A stretch of 64,000 bases of DNA from an uncultured Pelagibacteraceae bacterium (GTDB lineage Bacteria > Pseudomonadota > Alphaproteobacteria > Pelagibacterales > Pelagibacteraceae), in NCBI GenBank assembly GCA_902613065.1, contig CACMFU010000001.1, positions 131,471-195,470 of the forward strand. Direction: 5' to 3'. This document shows, piece after piece, positions 8,368 to 17,481 of the stretch (position 1 is the first letter of the stretch; the number at the start of each line of letters is the position of its first letter). The position numbers were made by a program, and so were the translations under genes. Below the pieces are notes generated by a model. The model saw only the letters and a list, made by a program, of their open reading frames with translations, did not search any database and had not been told where the DNA came from.

Positions 8368-9778
8368 ATACAGATACTCCTCTAGAATTAATGTCTACAT
8401 CAAATTTTTTATGCAATGGTGGAAAAGCTCTTTGAGAACAATCCAGTCTATCACAAGTTCTACATGAAACCCCTACAGGTATCTCTGATTTTTTATCATT
8501 CAAATCTAAGTTTTCCGTATAAACAAAATCTCTTGCATATTTGGCTTCACATCCAAGTCCAATAGATAACATACTTTTTTTTTGTCCATATCTTCCTATA
8601 CCTTTTTCAACAGTTCTTGCTATACATACATACTTTTCGCCATTAGTCATTTTACTTACTGCAGCTTGTATAACACCAGGTCTAGAAAAAGCCGAATATA
8701 CATTCCACCGAGGACAAGCACCACCATAACGTGGTATTTCTATACCTGACAATGAAAATCTCTTTGAAATATTACCAGCTACATCAACTCTCAAAAAATG
8801 AAATGGAACCCCAGGTAATTTTGGATCATTCAAACATGTTACTCTATGTGTGACTTGTTCGAATGAAGTTGCAAAAGTATTTTGTAATAATTCTAAATCA
8901 TATTTAAGTTTTTTACATTCAGAATGAAATAATTTGTAGGGCATTAAAATTGCTGCACCACAATAATTTAATAAAGCAACTTTTGTTAATTTTTTTGATT
9001 CTTCATTTGGATAATTAAAAGTATCAAGATAAGAATTTATTATGTCACTAGCCCCTTCTTGTGCAATTTGAGCTGCAGCATGTAATTTCTTTGTTTCCAA
9101 AGACAAATAATCGGATAATAGCAACTTTTTATTTTTGTTATCATAAATTTTTGAAAAGGGTTTCCCTTCCTCAGGAATTATATCTTGTACTTCAATTTTA
9201 TACTCTGATTTTAAATAATCACATAAAGCAATATATCTTGTTCTATTATTTTGTTTTATTTGCTCAAAGATTTGATTTGCAAATTCCTCTAGTTTTGGAA
9301 AAAAATTTCTGTTTTCTTGCAAAAAATCTGAAATTACTTCTCCAGGAAATGAGTTTTTTCTATTATCTACAATTTTTCCTGATAGTTTTTCAATTTTGTT
9401 AACCAATTCATGATCTTTTTTTTTCAAAATGTCTCCTAATCTTATTAGAGCTTTACCAATTTTTGGATTACTATTTGCAAGATCTTTAACTTCTGGACCA
9501 ACTATATCCAAATCTTCAAAAAGTTGATCATCAAGCAATTCTGAAATTGTGTTGACCATATTGATATCTGATTTATTTGTTAGATCGCTAATGTTGATGC
9601 TTAACTCCTCACAAATTTTTAAAAGTAATTCCCCGTCAATTTTTCTTTTACCTCCCTCGATTAAAGCTAAATAACTTGGTGAAATGTTAAGTTGCAAAGC
9701 TAGTTTGTTTGCCTGCATACCTAGCTGTCTTCTAAAAGCTTTTATTTTTGGACCAATGTTTAATTCTACTTGACTCAT
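8354..9778 (-). CDS. XRE-family short-chain fatty acyl-CoA regulator (RamB/PccR/ScfR family)
   Basis: N-terminal XRE HTH (ISPSYLALIEGGKR), FATSFEQVTHRVT, RVDVAGNISKR, GGACPRWNVY, C-terminal GVSCRTCDRLDCSQRAFPP; divergent from aceA. Confidence 0.9.
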   Translation of the reverse strand: MSQVELNIGPKIKAFRRQLGMQANKLALQLNISPSYLALIEGGKRKIDGELLLKICEELSINISDLTNKSDINMVNTISELLDDQLFEDLDIVGPEVKDLANSNPKIGKALIRLGDILKKKDHELVNKIEKLSGKIVDNRKNSFPGEVISDFLQENRNFFPKLEEFANQIFEQIKQNNRTRYIALCDYLKSEYKIEVQDIIPEEGKPFSKIYDNKNKKLLLSDYLSLETKKLHAAAQIAQEGASDIINSYLDTFNYPNEESKKLTKVALLNYCGAAILMPYKLFHSECKKLKYDLELLQNTFATSFEQVTHRVTCLNDPKLPGVPFHFLRVDVAGNISKRFSLSGIEIPRYGGACPRWNVYSAFSRPGVIQAAVSKMTNGEKYVCIARTVEKGIGRYGQKKSMLSIGLGCEAKYARDFVYTENLDLNDKKSEIPVGVSCRTCDRLDCSQRAFPPLHKKFDVDINSRGVSVYVSD

Positions 9779-9784
9779 TTACTA

Positions 9785-9888
9785 TTTGTAAACTTTGTAA
9801 ATTATTATTTACAAAAAATTTATTGTATTTACTAGACTTTTAACATTTTTTGTGGATTTTGTAAATATTGTAAATTATAAAGTTTACA
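9785..9888. promoter_or_regulatory. Duplicated TTTGTAAA-based operator between the regulator and the aceA unit
   Basis: TTTGTAAA-C-TTTGTAAA-N6-TTTACAAA (9785-9815) and TTTGTAAA-T-ATTGTAAA-N8-TTTACA (9858-9888); resembles the TTTGCAAA sites of RamB/PccR. Confidence 0.6.
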
Positions 9889-10049
9889 TGGACAAAAATA
9901 CTATAAAAATCATTGAAACTAGTTCTCAAACTACAAATCACCAAGAGCACCAAGAGCATAGAAGTAGAGGGGTTTATTTAAGAGATGACCACTGCGATTG
10001 GGGATCAAGTGGAATGAATGAGTTTACCGAAGAATATAACGAAAAGTAA
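9888..10049 (+). CDS. Small His-rich hypothetical protein upstream of aceA (53 aa; track extends it to GTG 9852)
   Basis: ATG 9888 lies 7 nt after TATAAA (9876-9881) with no SD; the frame fills the otherwise unexplained gap before the aceA SD. Confidence 0.55.
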   Translation: MDKNTIKIIETSSQTTNHQEHQEHRSRGVYLRDDHCDWGSSGMNEFTEEYNEK

Positions 10050-10075
10050 AAAGAATTAGTTTTTAAGGAGGAATA

Positions 10076-11350
10076 ATGTCAGCCGAGAAAATCTCGTACG
10101 AGTTGAAAAGATTTGCAGGAATACAAAGGGATTATAAGCCAGAAGAAGTAGAAAGGTTAAGAGGATCCATTAAAATTGAGTATTCAATGTGTAAACAGCA
10201 ATCCCAAAAGCTCTGGAGATTATTAAATACAGAGCCATATGTAAACACACTTGGGTCTTTGTCGGGAAATCAAGCCGTTCAACATGCAAAAGCAGGTTTA
10301 AAAGCAATCTATTTAAGTGGTTGGCAAGTTGCAGCAGACGCAAACAGTGCTGGTGAAATGTATCCTGATCAATCTTTATATCCTTACGACAGCGCACCTA
10401 AATTAGTTGAGTCTATGAATAATTCTTTAATTAGAGCTGATCAAATTCAGCATATGGAAATAGCTGATGGGGATATGAAAAGCAGCGAAAGAACTGATTA
10501 CATGTTACCAATTATTGCAGATGGCGAAGCAGGATTTGGTGGGCCGTTAAATGTATTTGAGCTAACAAAAAAATTTATAAAAGCTGGCGCAGCCGGAGTT
10601 CATTTTGAAGACCAATTAGCTAGTGAAAAAAAATGTGGACATATGGGTGGTAAGGTACTTGTTCCTACTGGAACCATGGTCCGAAATCTAAAAGCAGCAA
10701 GATTGGCAGCTGATATTGCCGACGTTCCTCTCATTATTCTTGCAAGAACAGATGCAAACGCTGCGAAATTAATAACAAACGATTTTGATGAAAATGACAA
10801 ACCGTTTTTAACAGGAGAAAGATCACCTGAAGGCTTTTATTATGTAAAAGATGGTATTGATCAAGCAATCTCAAGAGGGTTAGCTTATGCACCTTACGCA
10901 GATTTAATATGGTGTGAAACTGCAACACCTAATTTAGAAGAAGCAAAAAAGTTTGCTGATGCAATACATGCAAAATTTCCTGGCAAGATGTTAGCTTATA
11001 ATTGTTCTCCATCATTTAATTGGAAGAAACATTTATCTGATGATGAGATTGCAACATTTCAAACTAAAATTGGAATGATGGGGTATAAATTTCAATTTAT
11101 AACTTTAGCAGGTTTCCATACGCAAAATATTGCTATTTTCGAGCTAGCAGAAAAATATAAAAAGGAAGGTATGACTGCTTACTCTAGAATACAACAAAAT
11201 GAATTTGCTAGAGAAAAAGATGGATATACCAGTGTTAAACACCAAAGAGAAGTTGGCACTTCTTATTTTGATGCAGTTTCCAATACAATAAGTTCTGGAA
11301 AGAGTTCCACAACAGCAATGGAAGGCTCAACAGAATCTGAGCAATTTTAA
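10076..11350 (+). CDS. aceA: Isocitrate lyase
   Basis: [36 protein letters not shown] catalytic motif, YNCSPSFNW; strong SD AAGGAGG. Confidence 0.98.
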   Translation: MSAEKISYELKRFAGIQRDYKPEEVERLRGSIKIEYSMCKQQSQKLWRLLNTEPYVNTLGSLSGNQAVQHAKAGLKAIYLSGWQVAADANSAGEMYPDQSLYPYDSAPKLVESMNNSLIRADQIQHMEIADGDMKSSERTDYMLPIIADGEAGFGGPLNVFELTKKFIKAGAAGVHFEDQLASEKKCGHMGGKVLVPTGTMVRNLKAARLAADIADVPLIILARTDANAAKLITNDFDENDKPFLTGERSPEGFYYVKDGIDQAISRGLAYAPYADLIWCETATPNLEEAKKFADAIHAKFPGKMLAYNCSPSFNWKKHLSDDEIATFQTKIGMMGYKFQFITLAGFHTQNIAIFELAEKYKKEGMTAYSRIQQNEFAREKDGYTSVKHQREVGTSYFDAVSNTISSGKSSTTAMEGSTESEQF

Positions 11351-12066
11351 TTACTCTTTAGCTTTTGAATTTGATCCCAGGCTGAATTAATAGCTCTCAT
11401 TTTCTTTTTACTTTCCTCAATAACTTCCTGAGGAACTCCTTTACTTAGAAGTAAGTCAGGATGATGTTCTTTGCTTAATTTTAAATATCTTTTTCTAATA
11501 TCTGTCAGATTATCATCAGGTTTGCTCTCTAGTACCACATATGGATTGAGTTTATCTGATGATTTCCTACCTTCAACTATTCCATTGAACTGTGCATCAC
11601 TAAGACCAAATAATCGAGAAACATGTTGTATCATTCTAAATTCTTGATCACTTATATTTCCGTCAGCTTCTGCAATATAAAATAATATATTAATGACTTC
11701 TTCCAAAACATTTATATTTCCTTGATAGATCTGAGCTATTTGTTTTGCATATGGTTCGTAACCAGTGCTTTCTTCTTTAGCTTTATTAAAAATTTTTCCA
11801 ACTTGATCTAATTCATGTTCTGGAATTTTGAGTTTATCTTTTACCGCTATTAATTCTTCTCTACTAACCTGACCGTCTGCTTTACTCAGTTTAGCTGATA
11901 AAACTATAAGAGCTAATGCAAAAATTTGTTGAGGTTGTGCAAAAGATTTAAATGATGATCTTGATCTTGATACTTTTCCACCAATTAAGGAACCTAATAG
12001 CATTCCAAACGGTCCTCCTAAAGAAAAACCGATCATTCCACCAATTAAACTTCCCCAGATAGACAT
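11347..12066 (-). CDS. djlA: DjlA-like co-chaperone (TerB plus J domain)
   Basis: [13 protein letters not shown] anchor, [10 protein letters not shown] TerB motif, C-terminal J domain with HHPD. Confidence 0.9.
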   Translation of the reverse strand: MSIWGSLIGGMIGFSLGGPFGMLLGSLIGGKVSRSRSSFKSFAQPQQIFALALIVLSAKLSKADGQVSREELIAVKDKLKIPEHELDQVGKIFNKAKEESTGYEPYAKQIAQIYQGNINVLEEVINILFYIAEADGNISDQEFRMIQHVSRLFGLSDAQFNGIVEGRKSSDKLNPYVVLESKPDDNLTDIRKRYLKLSKEHHPDLLLSKGVPQEVIEESKKKMRAINSAWDQIQKLKSN

Positions 12067-12098
12067 ATAAAAAAAATTTAATATAATTTAATATATTT

Positions 12099-12392
12099 AT
12101 GTTCTCAACTTTTTTAGCTTTAACATTTTTGTTTTTAATGTTTATGTGGTCATTGGCTTGGGTAAATTATTACAATAAACTAGATAAAAGATTTGGTTCG
12201 TCTTTATGGAGATGGAGTTATGATTATCCAGTGCCAGGTGATAGAGATATATCTTTTCTTGATGATAAAAAATTTGTTATTTTAAGAAGAAAGAGAAATA
12301 GAGCAGTTACAGTTATGTATTTTATTTTATTTTTCTCTTTTTTTATATTTTTATCTTTTGTAACCCAGATTTTATACGCTATTCAACATTAG
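12099..12392 (+). CDS. Small hypothetical membrane protein (2 TM)
   Basis: 97 aa, hydrophobic termini around a charged loop. Confidence 0.7.
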   Translation: MFSTFLALTFLFLMFMWSLAWVNYYNKLDKRFGSSLWRWSYDYPVPGDRDISFLDDKKFVILRRKRNRAVTVMYFILFFSFFIFLSFVTQILYAIQH

Positions 12393-12733
12393 TTTAGTTG
12401 GTGTTTATTTTTTAAATACAAAAAGAACGCTATAATTTCATATCCGATATAAAATAATTGGTAAATGACTGGGAGTTTAAAAAATTTATAAAGAAACTTG
12501 TATTTTGGAATATTTTTCCAAATAAGTAAAAAAGCATCAATACCCACATAGATTTTTCCATCTTGTTCTACATGAAGTCTTCTTAGAAGCTCTTTATCAG
12601 TTTTTTTTGTTTCTAATTCAGCATTTTTATTTTTAGTTATGTCTATCCAATTCAAATTTTCTATGTTTTCTTTTTTATAAATATTAATTTCTGCTTTGCA
12701 GATTTTGCATGAATTATTAAAAAAAACCTTCAT
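12389..12733 (-). CDS. DUF393/DCC-family thiol-disulfide oxidoreductase-like protein
   Basis: N-terminal CKIC (CxxC), RLHVEQDGKIYVGIDAF motif. Confidence 0.8.
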   Translation of the reverse strand: MKVFFNNSCKICKAEINIYKKENIENLNWIDITKNKNAELETKKTDKELLRRLHVEQDGKIYVGIDAFLLIWKNIPKYKFLYKFFKLPVIYQLFYIGYEIIAFFLYLKNKHQLN

Positions 12734-12818
12734 AATTAAACTATATTTGAATATTTTATTTTTACAAATGTGCCAAATAAGCAGTTGATATATTAATAAT
12801 CACTACTACATTCTTAAA

Positions 12819-14231
12819 ATGTCAAATTTCTTCATAGAAACAGATACAGATACATCACAAGCTGAAGCAATTGTTACTGAAACCTTAAAAAATTGTGATG
12901 ACGGAGAATTATATTTAGAAAATCATAAATCTGAGTCTATTGTTTTAGATGATAATAAAATAAAGAGCTCAACTTATAACTCTGATAAAGGATATGGTTT
13001 CAGAGCTGTGACAGGAGAGGTTGTTGCTTACTCTCATTCAAATGATATTTCAAAAGAGTCATTAAGAAAATCAAGCGAGAATTTAAAAGATACGTTAAAG
13101 TCAAAAAAAGGAACCTATAATCACGAAATTCCTAAAACTAATAGCAAATATTACGAAAACATTAATCCTATAGAAAGCAAGACTTTCGACTCGAAAATAG
13201 ACTTGCTGAATAGTGCTAATAACTATTTAAGATCAAAAGGCTCAATTGTAAATCAAGTAACTGCAAATTTTTTAGGCGAACATAAATCAATAGAAATTAT
13301 TAGGTCTGATAATCAAGTTTTGAAAGATGATAGACCATTAGTCAGATTCAACGTTTCTGTCGTATTAGAGAAAGATGGAAAAAAAGAAACAGGTGTTTAT
13401 GGAGTTGGAGGAAGACAAAGTTATGATGATTATCTAAAAGATGGAAGCTGGAAAGATGTTTGTGATGAAGCTTTTAGAATCGCCAATGTCAATTTAGAAA
13501 GCAAACCAGCGCCAGCCGGAGAAATGAAAGTTGTTTTAGGCCCTGGATGGCCAGCGATTTTAATACACGAAGCAATTGGACATGGACTTGAGGGAGATTT
13601 TAATAGAAAAAAAACTTCAGCTTTTCATAATTTAATGGGGCAGCGAGTAGCAAGCGAAGGAGTTACAATTGTAGATGACGGCACCTTACATCAAAGGAGA
13701 GGAAGTTTAACCATAGATGATGAAGGAACGCCTACTGAAAATACAGTTTTAATAGAAAATGGAATTTTAAAAAACTATATGCAAGACCGTTTAAATGCTC
13801 GTTTGATGGGAACTAAGTCAACAGGTAGCGGAAGAAGAGAAAGTTATAAACATGTCGTTTTACCAAGAATGAGAAATACAATGATGTTGTCAGGTAAATA
13901 TTCGCAAGATGAAATGATAAGTTCAGTTGATAAAGGTATTTTCGCTGTAAGTTTTGGGGGAGGACAAGTAGACATAACTTCAGGAAAATTTGTCTTTAAC
14001 TGCACGGAAGCATACGAAATCAATAATGGTAAAATTGGATCACCAATTAAAGGTGCTACATTAATTGGAGATGGACCATCAATTTTAAAAGAAGTTTCAT
14101 TAGTGGGTAATGACATGAAATTAGATCCAGGTATTGGAACATGTGGGAAAGCTGGACAGGGTGTTCCAGTAGGAGTAGCTCAGCCATCAATTCTTATAAA
14201 TAAGATGACTGTTGGTGGAACAAAACTTTAA
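12819..14231 (+). CDS. tldD: TldD metalloprotease
   Basis: HEAIGHGLEGDFNRK zinc motif, IDDEGTP, GRRESY, CGKAGQGVPVG. Confidence 0.96.
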   Translation: MSNFFIETDTDTSQAEAIVTETLKNCDDGELYLENHKSESIVLDDNKIKSSTYNSDKGYGFRAVTGEVVAYSHSNDISKESLRKSSENLKDTLKSKKGTYNHEIPKTNSKYYENINPIESKTFDSKIDLLNSANNYLRSKGSIVNQVTANFLGEHKSIEIIRSDNQVLKDDRPLVRFNVSVVLEKDGKKETGVYGVGGRQSYDDYLKDGSWKDVCDEAFRIANVNLESKPAPAGEMKVVLGPGWPAILIHEAIGHGLEGDFNRKKTSAFHNLMGQRVASEGVTIVDDGTLHQRRGSLTIDDEGTPTENTVLIENGILKNYMQDRLNARLMGTKSTGSGRRESYKHVVLPRMRNTMMLSGKYSQDEMISSVDKGIFAVSFGGGQVDITSGKFVFNCTEAYEINNGKIGSPIKGATLIGDGPSILKEVSLVGNDMKLDPGIGTCGKAGQGVPVGVAQPSILINKMTVGGTKL

Positions 14232-14236
14232 TCTAA

Positions 14237-15553
14237 ATGATAAGGGATCAGGAATTTTTAAGAGATATAGCATCTTATTGTATTGAAAACTCTAAAAAAC
14301 TAGGAGCCACGGATGTGGGTGTAAAAGTAATTCACTCTGTTTCAGAAAATGTTAGTTTTAGAAATAAAAAATTAGACGAGTCAAATAGAGCAGATAGTTT
14401 TGCTGTCAATTTAACTACTTATATAGAGAAAAAAAAATCAAGCATTAATTCATCAGATTTATCTAAATCAAACTTAGAAAAACTAATAGAACGTTGTATT
14501 GATGCTACAAAAATTACCCCATCAGATGAAAATAATTCGTTACCAGATAAAGATTTAATGTCTAAAGAGATAAGAGACCTTAATCTCTATGATGAAACAC
14601 ATTATCCAAATGATAAAAAGATTGAATTTTTAAAAAAAGTTGAAGAAACAGCATCAACGGATGAAAAAATAGTTAATACTGAAGCTGGTTTTACCGAAAA
14701 TAAAAATAATTTTATACTCGCAAACAGCAATGGTTTTTTAGGTGGATACAAAACCTCAAATTTTTCATCTTCATGTGTAGCTGTATCAAGAATTAATGGC
14801 GCAATGGAAAGAGATTATGAGTTTGGTAGCACAAGATTCTTGCAAGATATGATGAAACCAGAAGAAATTGGAAAAATAGCTGCCGACAAAGCAATAAAAA
14901 AGTTAGGTCCAAAAAAAATCAAGAGTGAAAAAATTGGCGTTATATTCGATAAAAGAATTTCCAAAGGAATATTAAGCACACTAGCAAGTGCAATAAGTGC
15001 GAGTGCTATTGCAAGAGGGACTTCTTTTTTAAAAGATCAAATCAATTCTGAAGTTTTTCCAAATTCAATTAATATCATCGATGATCCAAAAATTGAAAAA
15101 GGATTAGGCTCCCAAAACTTTGATAGCGAAGGTGTTGAGACCAATTCTTTGAAACTAGTTGAGAATGGTATTTTAAAAAATTATTTAATTGATACTTATT
15201 ATGGCAAAAAATTAAATTTAAAATCTAATGGAAGGTCTGGAGGAACAACAAACTTATACTTTGAAAACGGTACTTTAAGTTTTAAGAATTTGCTAAATTC
15301 AGAAAAAAAGTTTCTATACATAACAGAGACTATAGGCCATGGAGGTAATATTATTACAGGAGATTACTCAGTTGGAGCTTCAGGATTTATGGTTGAGGAT
15401 GGAGAATTAACTTACCCAGTAAGTGAAATAACTATAGCTGGAAATTTTAAGGAAATGTTTAAGAATATTACTTTGGCAAATGATTTAGAGATGAAGTACT
15501 CTACAAATGCACCTACACTTTTGATTAATCAAATGACAGTGGCTGGAAAATAA
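14237..15553 (+). CDS. pmbA: PmbA/TldE modulator protein
   Basis: FDSEGVET, GDYSVGASGF, PVSEITIAGN motifs; adjacent to tldD. Confidence 0.92.
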   Translation: MIRDQEFLRDIASYCIENSKKLGATDVGVKVIHSVSENVSFRNKKLDESNRADSFAVNLTTYIEKKKSSINSSDLSKSNLEKLIERCIDATKITPSDENNSLPDKDLMSKEIRDLNLYDETHYPNDKKIEFLKKVEETASTDEKIVNTEAGFTENKNNFILANSNGFLGGYKTSNFSSSCVAVSRINGAMERDYEFGSTRFLQDMMKPEEIGKIAADKAIKKLGPKKIKSEKIGVIFDKRISKGILSTLASAISASAIARGTSFLKDQINSEVFPNSINIIDDPKIEKGLGSQNFDSEGVETNSLKLVENGILKNYLIDTYYGKKLNLKSNGRSGGTTNLYFENGTLSFKNLLNSEKKFLYITETIGHGGNIITGDYSVGASGFMVEDGELTYPVSEITIAGNFKEMFKNITLANDLEMKYSTNAPTLLINQMTVAGK

Positions 15554-16231
15554 TTATTGAATTTCTTTTAGCCTATATTCCCATAGACCCAATCTTTTAT
15601 AAGCTACTTTTATAATCAATGCTTTTTTCTTATCATACCATATTTCAAAATTTAATTTTTTATCATCGGGTAGATTTGGGTTCGTAGAAAACAGTCTAAA
15701 ATGTTCAACATCATATTCTTTATTATAAAGTTTTATTTTTTTTTTCCCCAAAAATTCTATGTTTTGTTTTTTTACACTTCCAGATAAGGGACTTATTTGT
15801 GTCTCGGTTTGTAAAATTCTATGATTCCACCAATGACCAATTATATTTTCTTTATCAGCCTCTCCTTTATATGATGACCCATTAATTATAAACTTCTCTT
15901 TTTTTTCGTCAAAAATTAAATTTACATATTTTCTTTTATCATTTTGAAATGTTTCTGAGTTAAATGAAATTAATTGATCTCCAATATACTCCTCGGTTCC
16001 TCTGCTATTTACAGAGAACACTGTAACACCCAATAATTTTACATTGAAATTAGTCTTGTTTTTAACAATAAATTTATTTTCTTCTTTTTTAAAAGTAAAA
16101 ATACTTTCTCCAATTTTTTCATCATCTTTAAATATCTCCATTTCTATGTTTGAATAATTTTTATAGTGATCAGTATGTGCTTGCAAAAAAAGAGGAGATA
16201 AAACTAACAATATTACTAAGAATTTTCTCAT
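15554..16231 (-). CDS. Exported hypothetical protein (DUF6134-like)
   Basis: Signal peptide, beta-rich body, EIWYD motif; family call tentative. Confidence 0.6.
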   Translation of the reverse strand: MRKFLVILLVLSPLFLQAHTDHYKNYSNIEMEIFKDDEKIGESIFTFKKEENKFIVKNKTNFNVKLLGVTVFSVNSRGTEEYIGDQLISFNSETFQNDKRKYVNLIFDEKKEKFIINGSSYKGEADKENIIGHWWNHRILQTETQISPLSGSVKKQNIEFLGKKKIKLYNKEYDVEHFRLFSTNPNLPDDKKLNFEIWYDKKKALIIKVAYKRLGLWEYRLKEIQ

Positions 16232-16310
16232 TATTTCATATTATTTTAATTAACTTATTTGAACTTTATCTAGAATTTTTATGTTTAAAAGATAAATAGT
16301 CTAAAGAATT

Positions 16311-16958
16311 ATGTTTTTAACCATTAAAAATATCCCCTCAAAATCTTGGAGCTCAGAAAAACCTTTAAATTTAAAACCTAAATTTACAACTTTTTTACTT
16401 TTATGTGTTGGTTTATCTTTATTTGGGTTGGGAGAGGGTCTTTTATTAGTTTCTACTACTGGTAATTCTCCATGGTCTGTTCTTGCTGAGGGTTTATCAA
16501 ACATATTAAATATTTCGATCGGTTTATCTACATTCATAATAAGTATTGTTGTTTTAGGGTTTTGGTTTCCACTAAAACAAAAACCAGGAATTGGTACAAT
16601 TCTAAATATTCTAATTATAGCAGCGATAATCGATTTGACCCTTTTTCTCTTTGATCCACCTTTGGCTACTTTTTCAAAATATATTCTTGCTGTATTTTCT
16701 GTTTTGCTTGTCGGTCTAGGAAGTGGCATATACTTAATTGCAAATTTAGGACCTGGTCCAAGAGATGGATTGATGACGGGTCTAACAAAAAAAACTCAAC
16801 TTCCTATTGCTTTAATTCGAGCTACTTTAGAAATTTCAGCTGTTATATCTGGTTGGTATTTAGGAGGAACTGTTGGTTTGGGCACTATAATATTTGCATT
16901 TGGGATAGGCCCTGCTGTAGCTTTAGGAATTTATATTGTGGATAAAGTTACGAAGTAA
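16311..16958 (+). CDS. YczE/YyaS/YitT-family membrane protein
   Basis: GNSPWSV, PGIGT, LGPGPRDGLMTGL, LGGTVGLGTIIFAFGIGP motifs. Confidence 0.88.
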   Translation: MFLTIKNIPSKSWSSEKPLNLKPKFTTFLLLCVGLSLFGLGEGLLLVSTTGNSPWSVLAEGLSNILNISIGLSTFIISIVVLGFWFPLKQKPGIGTILNILIIAAIIDLTLFLFDPPLATFSKYILAVFSVLLVGLGSGIYLIANLGPGPRDGLMTGLTKKTQLPIALIRATLEISAVISGWYLGGTVGLGTIIFAFGIGPAVALGIYIVDKVTK

Positions 16959-17018
16959 ATGCTTTTAGTGGACAATTAGTCGATTGTTAATACTGAATAA
17001 AAATTGTAAATATAAATC

Positions 17019-17474
17019 ATGTCTATAAAAAATTGGATGAAAGAATCAGCGAATATACTATTTGACGATAGTAAAAATGATTTAAGAGCTCTTCCCAAAA
17101 CTGTGAGACTACAAATATTATTAGTTTTGAGTTTTATATGGACAACAGTATTTAGTTTATACGTATTTTCATATGCCACTTTTGCTTTTGGTTGGGCAGG
17201 GACATATGTTGCTCATATAGGTTTAATATTTGCTGTTTATTATACATTCAAACAATTTCATAGAGCTGAAGCAAAAGCTGTTAGTGTTTTTAAGACAAAA
17301 AATTTTGATCCATTTAAAATAATGACAATTGTTTTTGTCATAGTATTTATTTTTGTTTTCTCAAAAGGAATTGAGGTATTGACAAGAACAAACTCTTACT
17401 CAATTCCATATGACGGACCTAGTAAATCAGCGTTTGAAAAGTGGTTGCCTTTTACCAAAAATAAATCTGAGTAA
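17019..17474 (+). CDS. Hypothetical membrane protein (about 3 TM)
   Basis: 151-aa ORF with three hydrophobic segments; no family recognised. Confidence 0.7.
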   Translation: MSIKNWMKESANILFDDSKNDLRALPKTVRLQILLVLSFIWTTVFSLYVFSYATFAFGWAGTYVAHIGLIFAVYYTFKQFHRAEAKAVSVFKTKNFDPFKIMTIVFVIVFIFVFSKGIEVLTRTNSYSIPYDGPSKSAFEKWLPFTKNKSE

Positions 17475-17481
17475 TAATTTT

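Noticed and set aside
9888-15553. aceA-upstream peptide plus tldD/pmbA as a RiPP cluster
   Set aside because: TldD/PmbA are housekeeping genes 2.7 kb away, and there is no YcaO, radical SAM enzyme or exporter nearby
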